Shown in pieces: positions 38,401-51,732 of a stretch of 64,000 nucleotides of DNA; position 1 is the stretch's first letter; every line of letters starts with the position of its first letter. Below the pieces are notes generated by a model. That model was not told the DNA's origin and made no database searches. It was given only the letters and a program-made list of their open reading frames with translations. The position numbers and the translations under genes were made by a program. The stretch comes from Trichoplax adhaerens (lineage: Eukaryota > Animalia > Placozoa): assembly GCF_000150275.1 (NCBI RefSeq), contig NW_002060979.1, positions 32,612 to 96,611 of the forward strand. Direction: 5' to 3'.

Positions 38401-41400
38401 CTAATGCTTATTTTTTAACATTTCGTTTTCAGTCCGAAGTCTCTCAACTTCAGCTAGTAGTTCTTCATTAACTGAAGCCTCTTTAATGGACCGTTTCATT
38501 TCGTCCTAAAAAATAGTAGTTAAACTTTTAAGAGAGAGATACTTTTGTAAAGTGGATCGATAAACTTACTAGTTGTAATTGAAACTGTCGCAGCATTTCA
38601 AAATGCATATTTGCGATATCCCTATGTACGGCTTCTCTAATGTGTGCAAATATCGTTTAGAAATATAGATATATAATTAGCTAAATATAACCATTAATTT
38701 GAATAAATCTAAATTACTGAAGACAATATCGTTTCCAACCTCATTTCTTCTATTGAATCATCAATCATATTTTTGATAAATTCAGTTTGGAAGGGTTGAA
38801 TTGTTTCCGTATCATTCGGTTTTTGAAAGGCACTAGCCTTATCTGGTTGTTTTGGGGGCTCTATAGCAGTAACGATTGGAAACTCTACATTTTCTATCTT
38901 TTCATCTCCTTCAGTCCAGGCTTGCTTCCTGAAGAGTGCTTTAGGTGAATCATCTCCATCCGGAATTGGCTTCACGTCAGAAGTAGTATTATCGGTAATA
39001 GACTGCATGGTCTTGATACTATTAGAGGATACACTTCTGGTAAGCGAGCCAGCTGCAATAGTTTGCTTATTTTTGGAGGATTCAGGGCTAATGACGTCCT
39101 CTTCTGGTAGTGAGCGGGAATTGCTTCTCACTTTAGCATGGCCAATACGAGGGTGAGGTGAGTTATTTAAATTTGAATTTAATGCTTCTGTATTATCAGC
39201 TAGCACAAGGTAGAATAACAAAAATGTCAATTTAAAATGGGTAGCAATAGCAACGGTACAATTTATTTGAACGGACGAAGTTCGATAGTGAAGAAAACAG
39301 CTGATAACTACCATTGCGTTGAATTTCCTCATATCTCTTTTTAATTTCTTCCAGCGATCTTTCCTATAATCATGATATAATTTAAACTATAGTTAAGATA
39401 GCAATGCGAATGTAATGCTTGACGCCAAATCAAACAGTAAGAAGCGAAGTGTGAGTTTCCTATTATCTAAATATACCTGCTTAATGGTTGATTCTCCAGT
39501 ATTAGCCGCGCGGTATTCCTCAAATGTATCTCTATCGGTCGATTGAGTTGTTACGATTGTATTGGAATTAACGGGTGAAAAGATACCTGGACCTACCAAT
39601 TAGATACACTATTAATTTGCGTATTATATTTAACTTTTGTAACGAATTTATTAAATTCGTATTAGAACTACATGTTTGCCAACTAGGTCATGAATAGTAT
39701 CACCAACCGAACTGTTGCAATCGGTTGAATTGCGAGTTATTCGAAACGTTAACGTCCGTTGATGTATCTAAAGGAAGATAGTTAGCGCAATGTTATGCAT
39801 GTAGCAGAAACTAAAGCGTACAAAACACAAAAATATGTGAAACCTCCAAAAACTTCTCTAACTGGTGAAAACAAATCACTTCTACCAGTAGTGGGTGCTG
39901 TGTTCACCTCACCAGATACTTTTCTGGACTGATTTGACATAGATAAACTTGCTACAGCTGGTGTGCTACTCTGAACAGGATGCTGTAGCGAGGGAGCTTT
40001 ATTAATATTTACTTGTTTAGCAGGACGACCACTATTAAGTTCCTATCGAATATTGAGCAATGAAATCTTACAGTATGCATTAATGATATAAAACAGGCGC
40101 TGATACGTCTACTGCACACCTTTACGAATTGATTTTGAAAATACAACTTATTAACTCGAGATGAATGTGCGTTCGCACTCCTTAATGGGACAGATCCCGT
40201 TCTAAGATCAAACAAGATGATCTTACCTAAATGGCAACAATGATATAAACTAAGTTCAAAGAATATTGGTTTAGTGAAGGTATTATGTATTCATTCTAAC
40301 CACGACTTGTTCCAACTGCTAATGTAGCTCCGTCAGTATTAAAATCGATAGTGGAAAGCGGTCCATCAGCTTCAATTACTTTGACCACTCTGATAAGTAA
40401 TTACAAGCAACAAATGTAAAGCGAAATAGAACGTGTGATATAAATAAGGATTCTTAAAAGGATATTATATAAGCAGAAAAGGAAATAACGCAGGAACAAA
40501 ACAATCTAATAATATATTTTAATAGTCTTGCTGGCCTTTCCTACTATAATTGACACAATAATCTTCCAAAAAACTCGTAATAGTAAGACTTACTTTTTCG
40601 ATTTAACATCACTTAAGACAATACGTTTATCTAAGCCAACAGTCGCTAATAACATATCATTCACAGTTGAAAATGAGAGATCAGTTGCCGGAGCAAAATG
40701 CGCATCAGTTGATGACCACCATAATTTCATACTGTTTATATCCCACAAATTAATCTCTCCGCTATCGCTAGCCACACCAAGTAATGAAGTTCTGAAGTGT
40801 GAATACTGTAGAGCGCGAATGGCCTAGATAAAATGTTTATAAGTACAGTGTTTAACCATGACGTAATAACATTTAGCATTTAACATTTATAAAACAAATG
40901 TATTAAGCAGACAAAATTGCAGCAAAAGCTATTTGTAGCAGAACTGTTATAACTGTACCAATGAATCTTAGATGTTTTGAAAGCGATAATATTTTGTCAG
41001 TGTGAATTTATCATAAACACTAAAACAGTCCTGATCTAGACTACGATTCATTATGATAAATGATATCAAGTGGTTGGCGCTTGCAATAACGATGTAAAAC
41101 AACTACTGAGAAATAGTTACAGTAAAAGCTACTTCCGGATAGATCGATATTAGAGAATTCATGCTCGTGTAAACGGCGCAAATGTTACAGTGAATAAAAT
41201 TGTTGACTTGCTCAAGATGGGCTTCAAGATTAATTACCTGGCAATTTTCAGCAATTAACGGCGAACTCGATTGTGATGTAGTGACATTATCAATTCTTAC
41301 ATGACCATTAATGGCACCAGAGGCAATGTACTGGTCACGATTGGAGAAAGAAACACACGTAATCGGATCCGTATGACTCTGTTAAAGAGATTTCGTTAGC

Positions 41401-42615
41401 GTTGACATCCTATCGCTTTCCCATTTGAGATTTTTTGAACTATTTTTCAAGTATTTCTAAGAAAATAATCAACTAATTGCATCAATTATTGCAGATCATC
41501 TACCTTGAAAACTTTTTGTATGCTACGAGACTTTAGATCAAATATAGATACTTCGGCTGATTGCGATCCCACGACAACATAGCGAGAGTTTGAATTGAAT
41601 GCTGCACAGTTAACTTGGCCCTATTCGATTGCAAGCAACACCATCTGATCAGAACAAGCTACAAAGTTATAAACAAACATCCAAGTGCGTATTTTGTTTT
41701 AAATTAATATGTCGTTTCGTAAACGGAATAACATCACGATTATATGAATTATCAGGCAATTCATTTCTAAATTACTTGTACGCGTAACGTAGGCCAGTAG
41801 GTTAAAACAAACGTGAACATTGAATACTGACTACTTCTGTATTATTTGCCATCATTTACCTCAGCCTCTAATTCAATCAGTTTAACAGGAGAGCCTCTCA
41901 TGGATGAGATGATAATACGATTTGATTCACTTGCCGTGCTGCACATGACATGATCTACAATGTACGCATGTTAATAGTTAGAAATTCATTTTTAGATATG
42001 GAATCGTTATTTGTACATGTCTACGGGCATAGACGAAATCCATGTTAGCTAGTATTAATTTTGCTATTTGGCAATTTTCAGCTGTACTCATGACCTCAAA
42101 TATATTTGAAAAGGTAGTTCTTTTGCAATACGATCTAATGTAGTAAGTACAGTACTGTATATCCACAAGGTAGTTTATTCGATGTTGGTGGTCTACGCGT
42201 CTGTCGATTGTACGCTTGACTACAAGATGAATTATGAAGATATAATTCTGGCTAGATCATCTACTATTAGTTTAGACATTTTATCACATCAAGTTAACAT
42301 TGTATATATTTCCATGAAGTTTATCGAAAGTGATCCAGTCCTTCTACTATTTCAAAGCAAGCTGATAAGAATCCATTTTACATTCGACTAAAAAAGTAGT
42401 CCAAAACAAGTGGGTGAAAGGATGAGCTCAAATAGAAAGAAATAGACTCCTGCAAGTCTATCACAGGTTAGTAACAACTTACTATTATGACCCCATGCTA
42501 GTCCTGTTATAGTATCATTGGAGTGGGGGTTATATGAATGCAATAACTGCATATCGATCCCGCTCCATATCTTGATATCTTCTCCACAACTGGCCAACTT
42601 TGAATTATCCGCCAT
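38401..42615 (-). CDS. NEDD1: NEDD1/GCP-WD, gamma-tubulin ring complex targeting WD40 protein (multi-exon)
   Basis: N-terminus LASCGEDIKIW...NPHS, WD40 exons (LLATVGLDKRI), Ser-rich linker, and C-terminal FIKNMIDDSIEEMR-EAVHRDIANMHFEMLRQFQLQ-...ELLAEVERLRTENEMLKNKH-stop. Confidence 0.93.
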
Positions 42616-43031
42616 TTGTCAAGACCGCCAATGTTATTATACTGAACCCATAGTGAGTCCTACAGCGTATACTATCCTATACTGTACGATGTACACCCAG
42701 TAAGGGTATAGTACTCAGTCATGGCTCTTTTCTAGTACAATACACCAGCGTCATTTCTGATTTTAGTGTACTGTCTAAAATCAGGACACCTGGTAAAAGT
42801 ACGGTACAGTACCGTACAGTGTACAGTACAGTCCGTACAGTACATACTGTAGTTAGGACTGTAAGAACGTGTCAGGATACTGTACATTGTACAAGAAAGG
42901 GATGGACATTGGACGACTGGACATTGCAAGAGCCGGACAATACGTCATGACGCGTCTCTACGTCAAAAGGTGATGTAATTCTACTTCGCATCACTTGGCA
43001 GCTTGCCACTTGTTTCGTCGATTTGTGCAAC
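42616..43031. promoter_or_regulatory. Compact bidirectional promoter between NEDD1 and O-methyltransferase 1
   Basis: 416 bp between divergent ATGs, with a dense GTACAG/CTGTAC and GGACA motif cluster. Confidence 0.6.
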
Positions 43032-44253
43032 ATGTTTTTCTCACCTGATTCTCCAATTTATCAATATATCTTGAAATCTGGCTTACGCAATCATCCAATT
43101 TTGGAGCGGTTAAATGATGTATCGATGAAGCATCCGTGTGCTATGGCTGCTACACCTGACGAAGTTGGTTTCTTCCAGCTCTTATTGCAGTTAATCAATG
43201 CTAAAAAAGTGATCGAAATTGGTAAGTATTGCTAGACTGGCAAGCAACTTCGTCAACTATCTCTATAACATACTCGTACATGTGGAATGGAATCTAAATC
43301 ATAGCATGATTCAAGTATATTGTACGTTACATTCGGTTGGATAGAGAACTTTGTGTACTGCACGACCTCATTCAAGCTTCTATTCTAACAGTGAATATAA
43401 TACGGGCTAATACACAGTAAAGTATGCTGTTTTGCTTTGACAGTAAGCATATACTGTACTGTACAGTAGGATACATTCATTTTCTAGCCAAATTGAATGA
43501 CTCACCATAGTACTATTGGATCACCTCTATAAAATAGATAGCAGTAGTTTAGGATAGGAAAAATAAAATCATCTATCGGATTCTTTAACAAGGACTGCCA
43601 TGAGATACTGTGCGATCAACTTCATCTGATCAGAAATTAATATAGCAATAGCCCAGAAAGGATAGGAGTACAGTGTTGTGGGTATATATTAAAGTGGATA
43701 ATCATTTCATAGAATGGTTGACCATAAACTCTTATTATTGACAGTGAAATAGTCAATCTCTAAAGTGTACAATAATTTTGAATTTTATCTAGGAGTTTTT
43801 ACTGGCTATACTACACTTGGTATGGCGATGGCACTACCTGATGATGGCAAAGTCGTTGCATTAGATATTAACAATGAATTTACAGATATTGCTTTACCAT
43901 TTTGGAAAGAGGCTAACGTGGAACACAAAATTGACCTTAAATTACAACCTGCTCTTGATAGTCTTAATCAACTCATTGCCAACGGCGAAAGTGGGACATT
44001 TGACTTTATCTTTATCGATGCGGATAAGACCAACTACAGTAATTATTATGAAAAATCCTTGCAACTACTAAAGCAAAATGGCATTATAGCTGTTGATAAT
44101 ACATTATGGAGCGGCCGCGTAGCAGATCCATCCATTAATGATGCATCAACACAAGCTATTCGTCAAGTGAATGAAACCATACTACATGATGATCGAGTCC
44201 AACTTAGCATGCTAACTTTGGCTGATGGAGTTACTTTAGTGCGCAAGAAATAG
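43032..44253 (+). CDS. SAM- and cation-dependent O-methyltransferase 1 (COMTD1/CCoAOMT-like), 216 aa; exons 43032-43221 and 43793-44253
   Basis: Spliced motif I VIEIG|VFTGYT, FDFIFIDADK, AVDNTLWSG and DGVTLVRK; canonical phase-1 intron. Confidence 0.95.
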
Positions 44254-45431
44254 GCACTGCAATTCTATTCTCGAATTCGATTAATTGAATAATGATAGTC
44301 ATGTTGTTGTCTATATGTATTGTCGTGAATAGCGTTATTAGAATATATGTGACATATAAACGTATGCTATCAATGTTGAGTATTGTAGTCACAGGTTAAC
44401 TAATATAATTAGACATGCGCGTCTATTTTTACATGAGTTTAAATTAATAAATACGTACTGCTACCAACATATTTAAATATAGCACTATAGCATAACATGA
44501 TATTATGTAGATTAATAGGTAGTTAGAGGTAACATTTATAAAGACGTTTATTCTTTAGTCTATCTGTTCCATTCCATAAACATACTCCGATCGCTGCTAA
44601 CCTATTCATGCATTACTGCATATACAGATTTGGTATAGATCATATTGAAAAACATATTGTTTCTTGCAAGCCGTGCACTGCACTGATACAGTACATTATA
44701 ACGATGAAGTGGTACAACAGTTAACAATTACGACACATGCAGCATATTAACTAACGATTTTAGACTTCTAAATGCAGCAAATAGTAAATATACTGCACAG
44801 AGGCCTTTATTTGTCATGCTGTCTACTAATTTCGAAATGTATTATGTATCACTAATGCGCTGGCAGTGACGCGAGCGAGTGTTTGCTAGTTCCTTTATGT
44901 AAACCTACCATGAGTGTTATTATCATGTAGTAGTACTCTTAGTCAACTACTGTGTTGTGGATCGCATTGTAAACTTGTAGTAAAAATTATTATTATTATA
45001 TATATATATTTCGATCATAATAAGCCATTTGTCGTTGATACATTTTGTGCTTTGTGAGGAACCGATGGGAAATACATAATGTAGTCATAAACCCTAATTT
45101 GCCAACTTAAAGCTATATAATATACGGAATATACAGTAGAGTACAGTACAAACCAAACTCGCTACAGTTCATACTTACAGGGGGTGATAATTGGGTTTGT
45201 AAAGGGTGTAATCCTGAGCTAGATACTAGCCCAAAATCATCATTCACTCAGTAAATGCTGACTCGGCATTTACATTCATTACGGAATCAGTTTCAATTTC
45301 AGTACTATCACAGTAATAAAAGCATGGAATAGTATGGTAAGGTAAAGTTTTAAATTGCCTCTCCGATGTACTTAAGTCAAACGCTTTATCACCAAAACCG
45401 TAAGCAGAGATTTCAACTTTGATGAGTCTTT

Positions 45432-45974
45432 ATGGGTTTGCTAAATGTATCCAAAACTTTGTCCTATATTTTACGTCATTCTATCCCAAAAAGCAACCTC
45501 GACATTGATGATGAAGGTTTTGTACCACTGGATCAGTTATCTAGGTTCGTTCCAAATTTAGAAGAATATCTCGATCAGTTGGATCCCTGTCGTTTTACAT
45601 TAAAATGTGATAGCGGGGTGCAATTTCTTAAAGCTAACAGTGGTCACAATAAAAGCTTGGCTGAAAGATTATCTGACGAAAAAATGTTTAAAATAGAATT
45701 GAAAGTTCATCAATTTTGCTGGCATATCACTGAAAAAAAGAATTTACGAAGTATCATGGAAAATGGATTGAAACCTATGAATAGAATACACGTGCATATG
45801 AAATATAGTGATGAATCACCGAATATTAAAGCTAAAAAAGAAGAAATAATTATTCGTATCGATTGCAAACTGTTGTTATCCTGTTATGATGTGTATCGAT
45901 ATCAAGATAGAAAATTTCTTTTATGTAGGTCGATTATTAAGCCTTCTTTATTAAGTATAACTCATGCACTGTAA
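45432..45974 (+). CDS. Tpt1/KptA-family (RNA 2'-phosphotransferase-like, NAD-dependent) protein, divergent and intronless
   Basis: SKTLSYILRH, DDEGFVPLDQL, RF, KANSGH, HIT, SIMENGLKPMNRIHVH. Confidence 0.85.
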   Translation: MGLLNVSKTLSYILRHSIPKSNLDIDDEGFVPLDQLSRFVPNLEEYLDQLDPCRFTLKCDSGVQFLKANSGHNKSLAERLSDEKMFKIELKVHQFCWHITEKKNLRSIMENGLKPMNRIHVHMKYSDESPNIKAKKEEIIIRIDCKLLLSCYDVYRYQDRKFLLCRSIIKPSLLSITHAL

Positions 45975-47577
45975 TGTATAGATGCGTTTGCTTCATATAG
46001 TATTGATAATAATATTGCGCTCCTTACATGCGTAACATATCTATTGAGAATTGGACTCTGTAATCTAACTTTACTGTATCAGATAATAGGTGACAAATAT
46101 TATTTTCAGTAACTGTACTCCTGACGCTTCAATTTCCAGTATTGCTAAACTTCACTATAAACTAGCTTATATAACTCGTAGTATTTATGTGTTACAGCAT
46201 GGATTCCATACATATTACGGATTCAATTGCTGTATGTTAACATGGTGTGCTGAGAATCAAGTAATGAATACAGTTTTATTGCTATTGTTAATCAGATATT
46301 ATCGTCGTATATCATCTAAGCATATTTATCCTACTAGAAAGACTTATAAATTAATATTGTTAACTTTATTTGCAATCGTTTATGTATACACCTACCAACC
46401 GAATTAACCTTCGCCAAAATTAGTTATGCTGCCATTCGGTAGTGCCAGATATTGTCGCTGTAAATACGGTTCATGACGACTCGTGCAGTGTTTAATTCTT
46501 AACTCCAGTATAAGCAGTTTATTAGCAATTACGAAATCGATTGGTGGGCAACTTTATAGACAGTACTATGTACTGTTTTAAATCTAGATTAATATTTACT
46601 CTCCATTAAAATCTAAACTAAAACTGTGATCAACAACTATAGATCCACCAAAAACGAGCAAACTTGATTGAATAGAGCTAAACTATTCTACACTAATAAA
46701 GTGCAGTTTCGTAGCTGAAATTTTGGTCTGTGATGTTATATTTGGTAAGAGTATGCAGACACAGACAAGGCACATTGTTGTTCCTATTTAAATGAGATTT
46801 ATTGCACGTAGTAGCTCTGCCAGTTGACGTCACAACAAATTATAAGACATAAAAGATCATTATTTACAGGTAATGGCAAGATCGTTAAATTGCCAAAATT
46901 CTGTCAAAGTGATCTTTAAGAATCGTATCATTTTTCTATCAAGTATACTGCCAGATATCCTAATAGTTATTTAAGTGCATTTCTCGATTTTGAGTAGTAA
47001 AATTAAAAAGAGTGACAAGAATTTTGTATGTGCTCATATATCAGTGATCTAATTGAGTCAATACTTTCGATTTTAAATCGATACGAAAGGCGTATCACAT
47101 TTCAATTGAATCAACAAAAACAGAACTTTGAAAACTTTCATAAGCATGGATTATTTGTCGTAATAGCATTTATGTACATTACATATTGGTGTAGCCAAAG
47201 CTAATCCTTATAATCTCGATTAAAATTTACAAGTGCAGTAAACTTATAAGGTACTTACAGTGTGCATACAACTTGCCATCATACCAGCATTACAAAGTTT
47301 CTAGAATATTGGTAAATAAAACATTAAATCATATTTAAGAATCAAAGAACTTAGAAATTGTAAGCAACGTAAATTTTTATTAGTAAAATTATGATATGTG
47401 CACATTTATTACTACATTGGCTATAAATTAATTTATTACCTAATCCAATCTTATAAATATTAACATTAACTACGGTAGAAAATACTGTATAGTAGTTTAG
47501 AAAGGCTTAACAAAGCCATTGTAATTAGGTTAGACACTTCACACTGCTGCTGCTTAATAATATAGAGCATACCTTTC

Positions 47578-50500
47578 TTATGCTTTAATAAGCGTTGTCT
47601 CTTATAACTCTTCAGGCTAGCAGTTTTACTCTAAATTTAGCAGAAAGCGTCAATATATTTAGTCGATTACACAAAGGCTTTAACGACAAGTTAATATAAA
47701 TTATGGCTTACATCTAGGCTATATTTTTCCTGGAGCTTATCTCTTATCAGTAATCCTTTCGTGAGTCGTTTCCAACGCTTTAAAATCTGTTCCTCCTTCG
47801 CCTGTGCGATACAAAATTTCTATTGTAATAACAAACGACAACAAGACAATGTAAAGAAGTCTTACAAACTAGGTACTCGTATACCTTCCGTATTTGTTGC
47901 AATTCTGCCATTTCTTCTTCTCGTACAGCATCTAAAAGTAATTTTTCGAATTCACAGCATACTAGATATCCATTAGTGACCGGATAAACATGCCCACGAT
48001 GATAGTCCCAACCAGTTACAACTGATACGCAATCAATTTTAAGTTTCTGAGCGATGCGATTTAAATTTGGAATTTTCATATGTACAGTCCCAGGGGGTAT
48101 CATGTGAGGGAAAAATACCTCTACATTTCCGTATTCGTTCCGAGGCACTTTACCATTCTTAGCACGCGGTGGTCGATATTGCTCGGTTTGCCATAATCCG
48201 TATAAATCATTCATCTTGGTAGCTGCACCAATAGCAGCAATTTTATTAGGATTAAATATTCTCGCGGGAACAGATTTAACAGGCTCTTCACCTTTCTTAA
48301 TTGATCGTCCATGTTTTATAAACCAAGATTCACTAGTATGTAACGTGTATACGCTGTCCCGAGGTAAAACAGCTTCCCCTCGAATTTCTCCAACGGGTTC
48401 AGTATCTTCTGGATAAATTACTTCGTACTTTAACAAGTGCCTTCTCAATACATATAATGGATGATTCTTGAAATCAGATATAGTAGTAGGCATTGGTTTA
48501 CTACGTAGATTCTCTAGTAACTCTTCATCTTCTTTTTTATTTGCCTTTTTATCAGATGGCTCATACGATGCCATTGTCTCATCCCACCACGGCTGATCAG
48601 GACGTAACTTACGATTATAAATCAACCATCGGTCAGCATAGCGGCTAGTTAAATCCCTTAATTTTTCATTATCATCAAAGGTAACTACATAGGTCAACGG
48701 TTGTGTAGCAGTCTTTTCAACTAAATTTGGTTTGTCAATGCTATTATTTATACACTCTATACAAATCCATCTCTTCTCTGATTTTAGATAAACTTCTATC
48801 CAACTATTAACTGGAGATATCAGTTCATTCGATGGCCCATTCTCAGATTCAAAAGCAGCAGCTTTACAGTTTTTTGATTTTGGCTGTTTCTTTAAAATAG
48901 TATCCTTGCTTTTCGTAGGTTTTTGTTTTCGCCGAACAATCGACATTTTAAATTTCATTTGCTCAATGAAATCTGAGTCACTAGAATTAGCAAAATCTTC
49001 ATCCTCACATTCTTCTTTTAAATTCTTTACAGCTGTTTTACACTTTCGCGCCGGTCTTTGAGTTGAATAAAGCTCATCTTCATTTTGAACTTTAACAATC
49101 TTCTTTTTAGCACTTTTATTTGGACGTCCACGTCGTTTAGCAGGCGTCTTAATTAACGGTTTTATATTTCGCTCAGTTTCCGAGTCACTCTGTAAGAGGG
49201 CAGCAATGTCTAGCTGATCTTCTTTAGGGATTGTTTCGTTTCTACCACTCTTATTAGGTGTACTAGTTTTATCAATATTGATAGAGGAATTTTCCACAAT
49301 GCTCTACATGTAGTACAATGAATTATGTATAAGCAAGTAGAAAGTTTAGCATATATTGGATACTGTATTTCATATAACGTAAGAAGTATTAAAACTTTGA
49401 TGTATTCAATCATTGGCAATTAGCGCATACCACATCAGCTTTAACTTCTTTAAATGGAATAGCCTAAGGAAATAAACAATTTCCAAAAAATCAAAAAAAG
49501 TAACAGCACCTTGACATATTTACATGTAGATTACAAAATTAGCACGTAATATAACATATCGTCTGTATTGAGACCTTAGCAATACTTAAAAATTAGCTTT
49601 ACCTTCAGAGAAATGACAAGACGAGTAGGAAGCATAAGTGTTCGAAGTACAGCTATAAAAGCCTAAAGAGAATTCATAACGACTATTGAAACCAATATCG
49701 CGAATTACACTATCGAATGAGAATTAGTTATCGCAAGTATGCCATACGTGCACGTAGTCTTGAACAGATAACTTTCTCTTTTCTAATCTTTTAACCAACT
49801 CCTAAAAAGTAATACCAATGTAAACAGCACAATTCGTTAAAGATTTTGTCAGTAAACGCAGAAGATATCAGGTTAGGACGTTCGTTTAAATGCAAATTAG
49901 TCATGGTTAAAATTATGTAATTACGCTATTTTGGTATCACATATTACATATATATATATATATAATTCAAGCACGTTGGATAATATAGTAACTTGAGTTT
50001 ATATTCATACTATTACGGATAAACTGTGCATATCCAATGAAATTGATAGCATAATGTTTTACCCCTTGTTTCAAAGCTGGTAATCTGTAATTTCTACTAA
50101 TTTCAAAAGCACTTCGGAACCAGTTCAAGCAATTGGTTAAATTTATTATATTCCATTTTGCAGACTTTATCACTAGGAATTCGCTAGGAATCATCGACAG
50201 AAAGATCGCCTGAGAATAACATCAAAGATGCATATTAAATCTAGCGATAGAAACCACTAGATTGTTGTAAGAATTAATTTAACCTTGACTAGAGGCTCCA
50301 TAGTTAAACGATTTCTGTGAAATCCACTAGCGATAAGAAGCAAAGCATGTACCTATTGCAGTAACAGTAATTTTTAAAAATTAAGAGCATACAAGTACGT
50401 AGGTAGGTCCATAGCTTGCGGAAAATACTAGTGATTACTTCGTATAGCAGTTTTTGCCCACCTTATGTATATTCATACGTAGATCACGACTAAATCTATT

Positions 50501-51732
50501 GACCATTCGCATAAGATATTTTTGCGCATTATTCTCACTGCAGTAAGAAATTTGATAGAAAAGGGTTCAGAATAAATGAACTACTGACTAATTAAGCAAG
50601 TGATGACACAAAGCAAATCAAATATTAATTTCGTACGCTCGTTGTCTCTTCTTAGGCGCTAAATCAATTTCAATTGTCTTTTTTTCCTCTTGGCTAAACG
50701 ATGGCTCAATCTTATTGCTTATCGAGCTATTTTCGTGAGATTTTTCAATTTCGGTCAAGTCAACTAAATAACATCGAAATATAGATCGAAAAATCGGTAT
50801 TTAAATCAATTTAAAAAATTTACTCCGTGAGAGGACTAAATCTTTTACACATTAAAAAGACCTTCATGACAACCGTGATCCACATCTTCCCACTCTATAT
50901 CGCTATCACTCTCGTTTGCAGGATCGTTAACCATTGTACTAGAAGACACGTTGTGTTTATTCGTAGGGTTAATCGGCATCCCTTCGTCGTCTTCATCTGT
51001 TAAGTTTGCCCCGGTGGTTGCAGATTGAGCACCCTTACTGTTGCATTTGCGCGCTAAACCAGAACGACCATAAGTGCGCTTTACATTAGTACGGTTTACT
51101 TTACGGCTATTCCGCTTCTGTTTTCCATTAGAATTTCTATTATTAAGCGGTATAAAATCATCATCATCAGACAGGTCTGGGTTCAACAATTCCTCTTTAT
51201 TGTCGGATTGGGGTGTTTCCTCTTCTTGAGTATCACTCAATCGCTTCGGATCCAAGAGAGCCTTCTCTTCTTGCGAAGTAGTTATCAGTTTATTTCTCAA
51301 AGATTTAGGCATTCTACCTCGTTTTCTTTGTTTTGCTGGCGAAGTTAATTCCTTTCTACTTTTTCTCGCGTTCGTGACGTTGTCAACATTAAATTCTAAT
51401 GTTGCTTCATCTTTGTTTTGACCATAGTTGCTCGCATCTTTGCTGTTTTCAACATTAGTCACAGAAGCAGGCAAACTCTGATTGTCTAACTCTGGCTCAG
51501 TACAAATTTGCTCCTTACTTTCATCAACTTCGCTATCGCTAGAACTCGCTGATAAAGTACTAGCAACATAGTGAACCTTAACACAACTAAATTTATCATT
51601 GAGAGAGTTTGATACATTATCCAGACGCTTCTTTTCCTGTGTAGTTAATACGTTTTCTCTCTTTTTCGAAGATTTACGACGAAAGTATGGAGAATATCGA
51701 TTTCTCTGTGGACCTCCAGAACGTGTCTTCAT
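47578..51732 (-). CDS. XPC: XPC/Rad4 nucleotide-excision-repair damage sensor (multi-exon)
   Basis: WIEVY...KRWI, DLTSRYA, PMPTTISDFKNHPLYVLRRHLLKYE, LYGLWQTEQY, GKVPRNEYGNVE and C-terminal ILKRWKRLTKGLLIRDKL. The last small exon (stop 47580-47578) is inferred. Confidence 0.95.
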
